Below, one piece after another: positions 20,668 through 30,500 of a DNA stretch of 64,000 nucleotides; the first letter of the stretch is position 1, and each line of letters opens with the position of its first letter. The notes beneath the pieces were generated by a model. That model made no database searches. It saw nothing but the letters and a program-made list of their open reading frames with translations, and was not told the origin of the DNA. The stretch covers positions 1-64,000 of the forward strand of contig JBCBUK010000003.1 of the NCBI GenBank assembly GCA_039818205.1, given 5' to 3'. The translations under genes were made by a program, and so were the position numbers. This stretch comes from Verrucomicrobiota bacterium. Its GTDB lineage: Bacteria; Verrucomicrobiota; Verrucomicrobiia; Opitutales; Cerasicoccaceae.

Positions 20668-20695
20668 GGCCAGTGGGTATTCCACTGGCCTTTTT
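20668..20695 (+). terminator. Rho-independent terminator after GH16
   Basis: GGCCAGTGG-GTATT-CCACTGGCC-TTTTT. Confidence 0.85.
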
Positions 20696-20829
20696 ATTTC
20701 GTCGTGGGCTGGCTGCTTCGTATTTGATCGAGATGGAGTCGGTCAGTTGTATCGAGGTCGGGGCTAGAAATGGCTCCCCGGCTCCCATATTTCCTTGCTT
20801 TTCGGGCGATACCGGACATCCTGCGCTCT

Positions 20830-20982
20830 ATGAATTTTCGTTTGCTTGGACTTGTGGCGATCATCGCCCTGCTAACCGGTTGCTCCGCCTCGGTGCCGGT
20901 TCGTCCATACATGTTTATTAAGAAGGAGCAGGCTCCAAACGCTCCACACGCCGAATCCTCCTCGGACGAGGCCAACGCGTAA
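20830..20982 (+). CDS. Small lipoprotein, 50 aa
   Basis: MNFRLLGLVAIIALLTG|C, canonical signal II lipobox. Confidence 0.7.
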   Translation: MNFRLLGLVAIIALLTGCSASVPVRPYMFIKKEQAPNAPHAESSSDEANA

Positions 20983-21085
20983 GAGGTCCCCACCGCCTGT
21001 GCGGTAAGTTACAAATTTCTCCCCAGACTCGATCTAGTGGGCGGAATTTTTGTATCCACGAAGCCGCTCGAGCTTAGTTCCCGGA

Positions 21086-21604
21086 TTAGTAGCTGGCCGG
21101 AATTCCCGCCAAATTCTCCCAACCGTTTAGCGAGAAAAACAGGACGTTTTCTTGGGTGTCTTTGAACAGCAAATATTCTGCGTCCGGATCATGTCCCACG
21201 AAGATAAGCCCAACTTCTTCATTGATAATGTCACCCACGGTATGGATCGTGCCGTCAACCACGATGCGGCTTTGCTCGCCCGCAAGGCGGATGCTGGAGA
21301 TTGTGATGCGGGTCAGGAGCTCTTCAGGGCTCTCTCTGGTGTTTAGATCTGGCAAATTTTCAGTTGCGAAGATCTTCAGCGTGGGTTCCTCGGCAAAAAT
21401 CGCAGCGTCAGGTGCAATCGAAGCCACCGCGACTTGCTGCATCATATAATAGGCGACGCCACAAACCATGGAGAAAAAGGCGACTCCAATTAAAATACGC
21501 TTCCCGTAGAGGCGGTAAGAATCCTGAGGCAATTCCGGTCCATAGCTCAACGGCGCACGTTCATGTGCGTCACGGTAGTCGCTTGGGTGATAGTGGGACC
21601 GCAT
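21086..21604 (-). CDS. Hypothetical bitopic membrane protein, weakly GspB/PilP-like C-terminal beta domain
   Basis: Single TM helix; ISSIRLAG...IVVDGTIHTVGD. Confidence 0.65.
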   Translation of the reverse strand: MRSHYHPSDYRDAHERAPLSYGPELPQDSYRLYGKRILIGVAFFSMVCGVAYYMMQQVAVASIAPDAAIFAEEPTLKIFATENLPDLNTRESPEELLTRITISSIRLAGEQSRIVVDGTIHTVGDIINEEVGLIFVGHDPDAEYLLFKDTQENVLFFSLNGWENLAGIPASY

Positions 21605-21917
21605 TGCTTGCCAGGTTTTACTCTACAGTATTGTTGTAATCCCATATCAGTAATTTACTGTAGGTTTGCAAGAATTGAACGCGAATATTTGCCTATTTTT
21701 TGCTGAAATGATAAAAATGAGGGGTCATCCTGCAGGGTTTTGGGACCTTATTCCCTGTTTTGGTCTACTGCCTTGCGTGCTTGTTCGTGGCGGGTCTGAG
21801 TGAAAAGGCAGATCAACGGTCACCGACTAGTAATTTGCGTCACCAGAATCCTGGAGCACCCAGATGCTTTATGAGCCAATATCACGCATCGCCCGCTGTG
21901 AGGCACCGCAGTGGTTT

Positions 21918-23093
21918 CTACTCGTAGTAGGGTTCGACGAAGTTCTCGTACTCTGGTCCTGGGACGATTACCTCGTCACCAAGGCGGGGATTGCCATCGG
22001 CAATCCAGAATCCTGCTGAGCGGCCCTCCTGCTCGCCTGAGGGCAAGAGCACACCGGTTGTTTGCATCTCGTAATTGCGGGTGATCATTGGTCGATCGGC
22101 CCGAATGTAACGAGTTTGGAGCCAGCAGACTGCAATTCCACGAACCGGATCCACGGACACGAGTTTCCCAATGGACATGTTGGGAGTTGGGGGTGGGGGG
22201 AGCTCTTCCTCCCACTTTGCGATGTCGAATTTTTGGATCGTGATCTTGTTGGGAAGTTCTGGCTTACTATTTCGGCCCCCGCCACGACCCTTACTTGAGA
22301 ATGCAAAATTGCGGTTACTGCCGAAGCGATCCTGTAAATATTGACGAAATTCTGGCGTCTGTTGAAGCATGGCGACCTCTTCCTCGGTCAGCGGCTTATT
22401 CAGATCAATTGTGACCTCACTTGGATCCAGTTCGGGTTCTTCTTCGCTAGACCCGAAAAGAAAGTCGAACAGTCCACCTGAGCTTTCTTCCTCTTCTTCC
22501 GCTGCGAGTTCTTCGGATTGGGAATCTTCAAGGTCGGACTCGTCGACAACGCCATCCTCGTTAATCACGACGGTTTTCCGCTCAGTGCCATAGGCATCGA
22601 CTACATCGAAAATCGATGGAGCCATTACGGGTTTCGATTCCGGTTGAGGCACGTTTTTCGCCTCCACGCGAAAGAAAGGAGCCAGTTGTCCATCTTGGTT
22701 CTCGAGCTTTCGAAAGCCAAGCGGGACCAGCTCAACCTCGGAGGGCAAATTGTTCACCGGTGCTAGGTTCTCTGGATTGACCAGGACACCATCCACCATC
22801 GTAACGATTTCCGGCCAGTTGCCACGCGGAGCACTTGATTGGGGCGTCGCCGGTTGTGTGGCCTCGCTTGGATCGGGGCCGAAAATGCTTGGGGCGACCA
22901 CTTGGCCATCAGTCGTCTGAACGACCTCTCCGTTGATAATCGTCTTGTAGCCTTTGGTGATGTAGCCTGGCCCGACGGGAACCACCTCCTCAGGATTGGT
23001 GGATTCCTGGGCATTCAGCGCGGAAATCCCAACGCATGCGGATAGCATGAGGGTGCCGAGAAGTTGGCCGGGAAACGCTTCGAGCTTTGGCAT
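21918..23093 (-). CDS. Secreted hypothetical protein, acidic and Pro-rich
   Basis: Signal-like N-terminus; 391-aa ORF downstream of rpoD. Confidence 0.75.
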   Translation of the reverse strand: MPKLEAFPGQLLGTLMLSACVGISALNAQESTNPEEVVPVGPGYITKGYKTIINGEVVQTTDGQVVAPSIFGPDPSEATQPATPQSSAPRGNWPEIVTMVDGVLVNPENLAPVNNLPSEVELVPLGFRKLENQDGQLAPFFRVEAKNVPQPESKPVMAPSIFDVVDAYGTERKTVVINEDGVVDESDLEDSQSEELAAEEEEESSGGLFDFLFGSSEEEPELDPSEVTIDLNKPLTEEEVAMLQQTPEFRQYLQDRFGSNRNFAFSSKGRGGGRNSKPELPNKITIQKFDIAKWEEELPPPPTPNMSIGKLVSVDPVRGIAVCWLQTRYIRADRPMITRNYEMQTTGVLLPSGEQEGRSAGFWIADGNPRLGDEVIVPGPEYENFVEPYYE

Positions 23094-23218
23094 AAGGAAT
23101 ACTCTATCACTTGGGCTGACCGGCGATCAAGACGTCCTTTTGACTTGGACTGCTACAAAATTGACAAAAAAGCACGGAGATTGCTCCGTGCTTTCGGTAA
23201 AGGCTTTGTAGGTTTGGG

Positions 23219-25096
23219 CTACTTCTTGAAGTGCTCGAAACCAGGACCGCTGGTGTCCATCTCGCCTTCGAAAAAGCCATGGAGCTGGCGGATACGGGTT
23301 GGGTGACGCATCTTGCGAAGCGCCTTCGCTTCAATTTGGCGAATCCGCTCGCGGGTCACCTTAAACTGACGGCCAACTTCTTCCAGAGTCCGACTGTAGC
23401 CGTCAACCAGGCCAAAACGCAGCGATAGAACGCGGCGTTCGCGCTCGGTGAGGGAATCGAGGACGTCCATGATCTTTTCCCGTAGGAGCGAGTAAGCGGT
23501 CATGTCGTATGGATTCTCGGCACCCTTATCTTCGATAAAGTCACCGAAGTTGGTGTCGTCGGAGTCACCCACTGGGCTCTGCAGCGAAATGGGCTGCTGA
23601 GCCATCTTCATGATCGCTTGAACGCGCTCAACCGGCAGGTCCATTTCGTCAGCGACTTCTTCCGGAGTTGGCTCGTGGCCGAGTTCCTGAAGGAGCTGTT
23701 TCTGAACCTGCATGACCTTGTTCAAGGTCTCGATCATGTGGACTGGAATCCGAATCGTCCGGGCTTGGTCAGCAATCGATCGGGTGATCGCTTGGCGAAT
23801 CCACCAGGTCGCATAGGTCGAGAACTTGTAGCCGCGGCGATACTCAAATTTTTCAACTGCTTTCATCAGTCCCATGTTTCCTTCTTGGATCAGGTCGAGG
23901 AAGGAGAGGCCACGGTTGGTGTATTTCTTCGCGATTGAGATTACGAGACGAAGGTTGGCTTCGACCATTTCGGTCTTTGCGCGGTGGGCCTCACGCATGT
24001 TGCGCCGCACATCGCGGATAAGCTCCAGCATCTCGCGGGGCTCAAAGCGATACATTTGCTCGATGTCGTGCAGGCGCTTCTTGATCGTCGCCGGATCGTG
24101 CTTCTTGTGCTTGCGCTGTTGAACCTTCTTCGAGATCTCGAGGTGGTCGAGGTGATCTTCGATTTCGCGCAGTGTCGGAGAAAGGTTATCAAGGAACTCC
24201 TCGAACACCTTCATTTTGAAGCAGAACTTCTTAAAAATTGGCTTTAGTTGTCCTTCGTACTTTTTGAAACGGGTAATCGACCGTTTGCGGTTCGGCGTGT
24301 CGCCTTCGTACTTTTGGATGTCGGCCCAGGCCTTCTCGCAGCGTGCTTCCAGGTCTTCGGCCTTTTCGATTAAGCCTGGGAGCGCCTTGAAATAGGCTTC
24401 GCGGCTCTCGATTTTCTTGTCGAGGACGACGCGATCGAAGCGCTCATCGCGGTCGATCAACTTCTTTGCGAGGTCAATCTGATATGTCGTGGTCAAGCCA
24501 ACGGAAAATAGCACGTCAAGTGCCTTGGATTCCGCCTTTTCGATGCGCTTGGAAATGGAGACTTCCTGTTCGCGAGTGAGCAGTGGAACTTGGCCCATCT
24601 GCTTCAAATACATGCGAACCGGGTCATCAAGGATGTCCTGGTTAGCCTGGCGACTTTCTTCCTCTTCTTCCTCCTCGAGACGGGCCTTGTAGTTTTCGAC
24701 TTCCTCATTGTCGAGGATGTCGATCTCCAGGTTCTCCAGAATTGAGATGACGTTTTCAATTTCTTCCGGGTTGTTAATGCTCTCCGGAAGCGCGTCATTG
24801 ATGTTCTGTACCGTCAAATATCCCTGCTCCTTGGAGGTGCGGATCAGGATACGGATCTTATCGTTGAGGTGGGCGGTTGCGTCCGTTGATGCTGGGACTG
24901 CGCTGGGGGAAGCGGATTCGGTCTTTTTGCTCACTTGGTTCTGTTCTGGTTTTGAGTCTGCTAAAGTTTCAGCTTTCTTGGTTGATTCGTGTGCTTTGGT
25001 GGCTGCCTTCACCTTCGCCTTTGACGCGGCGGCGGTTTGAGGTTTCGTCGATTTGGTGGATCGACTCTTTGCGGTCTTTTTAGGTTTTGACGGCAT
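23219..25096 (-). CDS. rpoD: RNA polymerase primary sigma factor
   Basis: [56 protein letters not shown], region 4 HTH. Confidence 0.98.
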   Translation of the reverse strand: MPSKPKKTAKSRSTKSTKPQTAAASKAKVKAATKAHESTKKAETLADSKPEQNQVSKKTESASPSAVPASTDATAHLNDKIRILIRTSKEQGYLTVQNINDALPESINNPEEIENVISILENLEIDILDNEEVENYKARLEEEEEEESRQANQDILDDPVRMYLKQMGQVPLLTREQEVSISKRIEKAESKALDVLFSVGLTTTYQIDLAKKLIDRDERFDRVVLDKKIESREAYFKALPGLIEKAEDLEARCEKAWADIQKYEGDTPNRKRSITRFKKYEGQLKPIFKKFCFKMKVFEEFLDNLSPTLREIEDHLDHLEISKKVQQRKHKKHDPATIKKRLHDIEQMYRFEPREMLELIRDVRRNMREAHRAKTEMVEANLRLVISIAKKYTNRGLSFLDLIQEGNMGLMKAVEKFEYRRGYKFSTYATWWIRQAITRSIADQARTIRIPVHMIETLNKVMQVQKQLLQELGHEPTPEEVADEMDLPVERVQAIMKMAQQPISLQSPVGDSDDTNFGDFIEDKGAENPYDMTAYSLLREKIMDVLDSLTERERRVLSLRFGLVDGYSRTLEEVGRQFKVTRERIRQIEAKALRKMRHPTRIRQLHGFFEGEMDTSGPGFEHFKK

Positions 25097-25113
25097 GATT
25101 TGGATGGTGGTGG

Positions 25114-26964
25114 CTAATAATTGGAAGGTATTTCAACTTTTGGGGGAACTTGCTTGAGCTGTCGCAATTTTCTACGTTCTTCATAGAGGGCACGAGTCTC
25201 ATCAGAACTCGAACCACGCACATTTAGAATGCGCTCCTCCAGGAATCGTTGTGCTCGCTCGATGTATTGGTCAAATAAGCGCTGAATGCACTCATTGACT
25301 GCTTGGATGGGGCTATCAAACGAGATGTCGCGACTAACCAATTGGTAAATATAATTTCGTTCGTCATCATTTTCAAGCAGGGGTTCCAAAGTTTCGACGC
25401 CATCCCAATCGTCATTTTCAGCCTCGGCTAAAGCTAAACCTAAAAGACGTCCGTCGCGAATGTTCTGGTCAAGCCATTCATGATCAATGATTTGCGCATA
25501 GTATTGAGTCAATTCAGGCTGATGTAAAGCGATGGACAATAAGACTGACTCGGCGCTTGTCAATTTCTCATTGGTATTTGGCGTATCTTCTGAGGTGTTT
25601 TCCTGGGTTGGCGGTTGTGACTGTAAATCCCGGCGTCGGCGTCGCTGAAAATCGCTTTCCAGCGCGCTGCGGTCTGTCCTCGTGAGATGAGCGAGCTCGT
25701 CCAAATATTCCTCACGAACAATCGCCGAGTCGCAACCCGATATTGCAGCTAAGACCGTTTCTAGGGCCGATGCCTTCTCGCGTGGGCTCGTTTGGCCCGG
25801 GTCCGGTAGAAGCGAACGGACTGAGAATTGAATTGCCGTCAGGCGATTCTCGCGGAGCTGCTCCAGTGCCTGGGCTCCCTGTTCCCGAAGGAGATCATCT
25901 GGGTCTTGGCCAGCGGGTAGGGGGAGAAAGTGAACCTCGAGCCCGGCTGCGAGGGCTAAGGGGAGCATACGCAGTGCGCCTTTTTGACCCGCTCGGTCGC
26001 CGTCCAGGAGCACTTCGACCGTGGACGTGTACCGCCGGAGCAGAGCCATTTGCTGGTCGGTAATGGCCGTTCCTTGGGGCGCGACGGCGGCATGGACGCC
26101 CTGCTCAAAGCAGCGGAGGCAATCCAACTGGCCTTCGACCAAAATAAATGACTCCTTTTCGCCCACGTGCTGGCGGGCGTGATCCAGGCCGAAGAGGACC
26201 CCGCTCTTGTAAAAAATCGGCGTTTCGGGCGAGTTCACGTATTTTGCCTCGCGCGACGGATCGTCTTCTGGGGTCAGATCCGTTTGGCGCGCGGTGAATG
26301 CGATGACTCGGCCTTGGACATCCCGAATCGGGATCATCAGGCGGCCGCGAAATCGGGCGCGTGCTCTGGAGGCATCGCGAGCATCGTCATAGAGGTACAA
26401 CAGACCGCTGGCTTTGAGGGACTCCAGGGAAAATCCTTTGCTGCCGATAAATTTGACGAAGCCCTCGCCGGTGGACGGCGCCAGTCCAATTTTGAAATCG
26501 TCAGCGAGCTCCGGAGTGAATTTGCGCCGTTCGGCCCAATATTCACGCATAAACTTGGCTTCTGGATGGTCCGCGTGGAATGCCCGATGAAAATAGTCGG
26601 TTGCAGCTTCGTGGAGCGTGAAGAGCTCCTTGCGGAGAGACGCGCGTTCGGGCGGCATCCCGTCGCTGTCATACTCCAAGGACACGTTGTAGCGGTTGGC
26701 GAGGAATTCGACGGCGTCGTTGAAGCCCAGGTTTTCCTTGAGCATCACGAAGCGGAATAAGTCGCCGGCATTGCCGCTGGAATAATCGTGGAAGACGTTC
26801 TTCTCCGGGTGGATGTAGAAACTGGGCGTCTTCTCGGTGTTAAATGGAGACAAGCCGCGCCATTGGGCGCCAGCCCGTTTCATTTGGGTATAGGCTCCCG
26901 CAACGTCTACCAGATTTACCTGCTGGCGGATGGATTCTATACAGCTGCGCGCAATCCGAGGCAT
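25114..26964 (-). CDS. dnaG: DNA primase
   Basis: [33 protein letters not shown] (VEGQLD, DGDRAG, DPDD); upstream of rpoD. Confidence 0.97.
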   Translation of the reverse strand: MPRIARSCIESIRQQVNLVDVAGAYTQMKRAGAQWRGLSPFNTEKTPSFYIHPEKNVFHDYSSGNAGDLFRFVMLKENLGFNDAVEFLANRYNVSLEYDSDGMPPERASLRKELFTLHEAATDYFHRAFHADHPEAKFMREYWAERRKFTPELADDFKIGLAPSTGEGFVKFIGSKGFSLESLKASGLLYLYDDARDASRARARFRGRLMIPIRDVQGRVIAFTARQTDLTPEDDPSREAKYVNSPETPIFYKSGVLFGLDHARQHVGEKESFILVEGQLDCLRCFEQGVHAAVAPQGTAITDQQMALLRRYTSTVEVLLDGDRAGQKGALRMLPLALAAGLEVHFLPLPAGQDPDDLLREQGAQALEQLRENRLTAIQFSVRSLLPDPGQTSPREKASALETVLAAISGCDSAIVREEYLDELAHLTRTDRSALESDFQRRRRRDLQSQPPTQENTSEDTPNTNEKLTSAESVLLSIALHQPELTQYYAQIIDHEWLDQNIRDGRLLGLALAEAENDDWDGVETLEPLLENDDERNYIYQLVSRDISFDSPIQAVNECIQRLFDQYIERAQRFLEERILNVRGSSSDETRALYEERRKLRQLKQVPPKVEIPSNY

Positions 26965-27040
26965 AACTCTTAAACCTGGCAGATAACACCTTAGACGCCA
27001 AGTCCGCACGGGAGTTTTTTGCTCACGCGGAACTCACAGG

Positions 27041-27049
27041 TTATTCACA
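27041..27049 (+). promoter_or_regulatory. DnaA box upstream of dnaG
   Basis: TTATTCACA matches TTATNCACA. Confidence 0.45.
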
Positions 27050-27124
27050 ATGGCCATAGCAATAAACACTGTGCGAACTGATTTTGAATTTTAACTTTCG
27101 CCGATATGCTTTTGTCTTTCGAAT

Positions 27125-27580
27125 ATGAGCATCAATCGGAATAGTTTGGTCGGTCTTCGAGAGATTTCTGAAGAGACGGTTCGTGAGATCTGCGAGTTGG
27201 CGGTTTCTTCAGACCAACAGCAATTTGTAGCGCCGAACGGCATGTCGATTGCCCAAGCTCATTTCTCGGACAAGGCATGGTTTCGTGCGATCTACGCCGA
27301 CGAAACCCCTGTAGGATTTGTTATGCTTGAGGATGATCGGGCGAAGCCAGAGTACTATCTATGGCGATTTATGATCGATGCCCGGTATCAGCAAAATGGG
27401 TTTGGTAAGCGTGCAATGGAGCTGCTGATTGATCATGTGAAGACACTGCCAGGAGCCATCGAACTACTGACCAGCGTGGAACAAGCTCCCGGGGGACCGC
27501 AGTCGTTTTATGAGAAACTTGGTTTCCGCCTAACTGGAGCGTACGAAGACGGCGAAGCTATGATGCGTCTGCCAATTTGA
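27125..27580 (+). CDS. GNAT N-acetyltransferase, spermine/spermidine acetyltransferase-like
   Basis: RFMIDARYQQNGFG (motif A) and FYEKLGF. Confidence 0.9.
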   Translation: MSINRNSLVGLREISEETVREICELAVSSDQQQFVAPNGMSIAQAHFSDKAWFRAIYADETPVGFVMLEDDRAKPEYYLWRFMIDARYQQNGFGKRAMELLIDHVKTLPGAIELLTSVEQAPGGPQSFYEKLGFRLTGAYEDGEAMMRLPI

Positions 27581-27591
27581 ACCGCATCACC

Positions 27592-28848
27592 TTAGGGCTT
27601 ATAGAGCCAGAACTGACGGGTTTCATTCTGGAACTGACGCGCTTGGTTTGCCCACTGGGCAACGAAGGTGGCAACGTCAACATCGCCGCCTTTGGTGGTG
27701 ATCTCATTCCACCAGGCTTCGCTGCCGACATGGATATTAAACAGGCGTTGCTGGGCCTCAGTTGCCTTCGAGAATGGATTGCCATCCGGGCTCCATTTGC
27801 AGGCGAGCTTCATCATGTAAAAACTGATCGCGGTGGGCTGTAGCTGATTCCAGTCTTTGACCACGATGTATACGCCAGGGACATCCTTGCCGCTGCCCGT
27901 CTTTCCGTTGGTGACGTGAAAGTCTAGGCCGTCGATGTCGCAAGATTCCAATGCATGACGAACCAAGCCAGGCGAGCGTCCCGGGTAGGACAGTAACCGA
28001 AAGGGATACTGTGTCCCCACGCCGTGCCTGAAGCCGCCCAGCTGAGCGCCAAGGCCAGTCATCGAGTATCCCATCGCGGCCGAAAGGTCAGGGATCGCGG
28101 GTGAAGTGGGTATCCAGCTGAGGCCGGTTGATGGCCACATCATTGAGCGTTTCCAGCCCCCCATGGGCACGACATAGAGTTTGCCCTTTTTGCGGTCCTG
28201 GTCGCTGATGTCGAGGATGCCTGGCTGTTTTTTCGCAAAAATCGCAAGTTCGCCGATCGTTAGTCCGTGCACGTAAGGTACTGGGAAGGTGCCAACGTAG
28301 GACTCGAATTGAGGATCAAGTGGCGGGCCATCAACCTTGAGTCCACCCAGGGGGTTGGGGCGATCCAGGATCATCACGTCCACCCCTTGTTCAAAGCAGG
28401 CTTCCATTGTGTAGCGCATCGCGCTGACATAGGTGTAGCTGCGAACGCCAAGGTCTTGTAGGTCCACCACCATGATGTCGATGCCATCAAGCATTTCCCA
28501 GGATGGTTTGCGGAACTTATCGTAAAGTGAATAGGCGGTCAGGCCAGTGGGGCCGTGGGTCTTGGTTTTCACATACTCATTGGCGGCCGCCTTGCCGTCG
28601 ACGCCATGTTCTGGGCCATAGAGCGCGACCAAATTGACCGCGGGTGCGTCATTGAGCACCTTCCAGGTCGGGACGCCATTGCGGTTAACGCCTGCGGGGT
28701 GGGTTAATAGCCCGACCCGCTTGCCTTGCAACTGTTTGAAGCCCGTTTTCTCCAGGGTGTCGATCCCAAGGTCAATTTTGGGCGCAGCGTTGAGCATCGT
28801 CATGCCGGCGAAGAGCAGGAAGGTGAGCAGTAGTTGGAGTTTGCGCAT
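27592..28848 (-). CDS. Exo-beta-N-acetylmuramidase NamZ family (DUF1343)
   Basis: GPEHG, DLQDLGVRSYTY, LDRPNPLGG and HGLTIGELA motifs; signal peptide from ATG 28848. Confidence 0.9.
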   Translation of the reverse strand: MRKLQLLLTFLLFAGMTMLNAAPKIDLGIDTLEKTGFKQLQGKRVGLLTHPAGVNRNGVPTWKVLNDAPAVNLVALYGPEHGVDGKAAANEYVKTKTHGPTGLTAYSLYDKFRKPSWEMLDGIDIMVVDLQDLGVRSYTYVSAMRYTMEACFEQGVDVMILDRPNPLGGLKVDGPPLDPQFESYVGTFPVPYVHGLTIGELAIFAKKQPGILDISDQDRKKGKLYVVPMGGWKRSMMWPSTGLSWIPTSPAIPDLSAAMGYSMTGLGAQLGGFRHGVGTQYPFRLLSYPGRSPGLVRHALESCDIDGLDFHVTNGKTGSGKDVPGVYIVVKDWNQLQPTAISFYMMKLACKWSPDGNPFSKATEAQQRLFNIHVGSEAWWNEITTKGGDVDVATFVAQWANQARQFQNETRQFWLYKP

Positions 28849-28849
28849 G

Positions 28850-29572
28850 CTAGGTAGAGGATTTGCGGGCGGCTTGTTCGGCCTCAGCTTCACGGAGGCG
28901 GACTTTATGGTATTGCGTGCGGAGGTCGAACATCTTCGCACTAGCACGTCGTGCACCAAACTGGTAAATCACGCTGAATGCGAAGCCGAAAAAATAGCCT
29001 ATCACCGCGCCGCCGACAAAGGTGGCCTTGAAGCCCAGGCCTACGAGGGCTGGAAGCGACATGCCCGTTTGTTCGGAAAGCGTTGCCATCGAATCGGCCA
29101 TGGTATTCGGCCCGACGATGCTCAAAAATGCCTCTTTGAGATTTTCGGTAATCAGCTTTGAAAAATCGAGGACCGAGTCGCCAGGTATCGGTGCTCCAAA
29201 GAGCGAAAAAATGTGCAGTCCAATAAAGCACGCAGCGAGATACAAGGGGCCTGCGGTGATCGGGTTCGTGATAAACTGCGTGCTCACGATCATCATGAGG
29301 TTGCAGCGGAAGACCATCGCGAGCAGGAAGGCGGTGGGCACTTGGATGCCGTAAATGGGCAACATTGACAGAATACAGCCGACGTAGATCGCCGGGACAA
29401 CATCCTCGCGGCGAAATGACCACAAATATGAGCGGCGGCGAGCGGTATCGGCGAACCAACCCAATACCGGATACCGATGGATCGTCGCTCGTCGGGGGAG
29501 GGGACGCAGCCACTTTTTGGCCCGCCGGATCCGCCGAAAATACTCGTGTTTATGTTTTTCGTCTGCCGTCAC
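28850..29572 (-). CDS. DUF2062 domain membrane protein
   Basis: LWSFRREDV, PIYGIQ and TNPIT motifs. Start uncertain: GTG at 29572 or track start at 29629. Confidence 0.85.
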   Translation of the reverse strand: MTADEKHKHEYFRRIRRAKKWLRPLPRRATIHRYPVLGWFADTARRRSYLWSFRREDVVPAIYVGCILSMLPIYGIQVPTAFLLAMVFRCNLMMIVSTQFITNPITAGPLYLAACFIGLHIFSLFGAPIPGDSVLDFSKLITENLKEAFLSIVGPNTMADSMATLSEQTGMSLPALVGLGFKATFVGGAVIGYFFGFAFSVIYQFGARRASAKMFDLRTQYHKVRLREAEAEQAARKSST

Positions 29573-29654
29573 ATTGCTTTGTGTAAACGGACAGTCTGCG
29601 AAGGTTCCTAAGCCTTTTACAATACCCAACCGATTTGATTGGAAAAATTATTGG

Positions 29655-30071
29655 TCATCCTTGCTCGGGAGCCATATGCGGACTCCGGCTTTTGGGGCGA
29701 AACTCCTCTCGATGCTTGTTGAGAAACGTGAGCGCAAGTACGCCAATCACGGTGCCAACGGGTATCGCAAGCAAAAGAAAAATGGAACCGATCTTCAGGA
29801 AATTATAGAACCATGGCGCGCGGTAATGGTAGACGAGCAATGCCATGGCCAGGAGGATCATGCCCGCCAGGCTCATGGTGCCGCCAATCATTTGAAAGGA
29901 CATTGCGACGCTTACCTGCTCGGTCAGTTCTACGGGTTCAGTGGAATCCCCATCGGCAATCTCGTTGAATGCGCTGATCATGGAGAGGGCGACCATGCTG
30001 ACGCCGAAAAGCAGGCCGAGTTGAAGCCAGGCTCCGACGATTGCGCAGATTTTGCCAGTTGGATGGCTCAC
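29655..30071 (-). CDS. Hypothetical membrane protein
   Basis: Three to four TM segments; PVGTVIG. Confidence 0.7.
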   Translation of the reverse strand: MSHPTGKICAIVGAWLQLGLLFGVSMVALSMISAFNEIADGDSTEPVELTEQVSVAMSFQMIGGTMSLAGMILLAMALLVYHYRAPWFYNFLKIGSIFLLLAIPVGTVIGVLALTFLNKHREEFRPKSRSPHMAPEQG

Positions 30072-30072
30072 T

Positions 30073-30342
30073 CTAGACCTCCCGATACCAAACGCGGATA
30101 AACTGATGCCAATTCGAGAAGCCGTCTCCGGTTGATCTCAGGCTCTGGTCTTCAGATCCACTTTCGTTTTCTGCGTGGATGTTGGGGAGCACCACTGTCT
30201 CAATATTAATCACGACTACGCCGTGGTGGCCGATCCAGTTGTTGGCCCGCTCGACAGCCTCGGAGAGTTCTTCGAAGCTCGCTTCGCGGAATATTCCACC
30301 GCGATCTTCAACGGTGGGGACAAAGTCTTTGTATTTGATCAT
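30073..30342 (-). CDS. Hypothetical protein, 89 aa
   Basis: Compact ORF coupled to the next gene; KDFVP...ANNWI...NIETVVLPN...QFIRVWY. Confidence 0.75.
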   Translation of the reverse strand: MIKYKDFVPTVEDRGGIFREASFEELSEAVERANNWIGHHGVVVINIETVVLPNIHAENESGSEDQSLRSTGDGFSNWHQFIRVWYREV

Positions 30343-30500
30343 GACGTCGTGACTGGAAGGTGAAAGCTTGGCGTAGTTGAGTCAAACTTGATCGGATTTA
30401 GACGGAAATCGTGAACGTGGATAAGTCAATAACCTGCTGATTACCAAATAAAAGGGTTGTCAATTGGGCCAAAATACCGCATTTGTTATTAAAATCCTTC

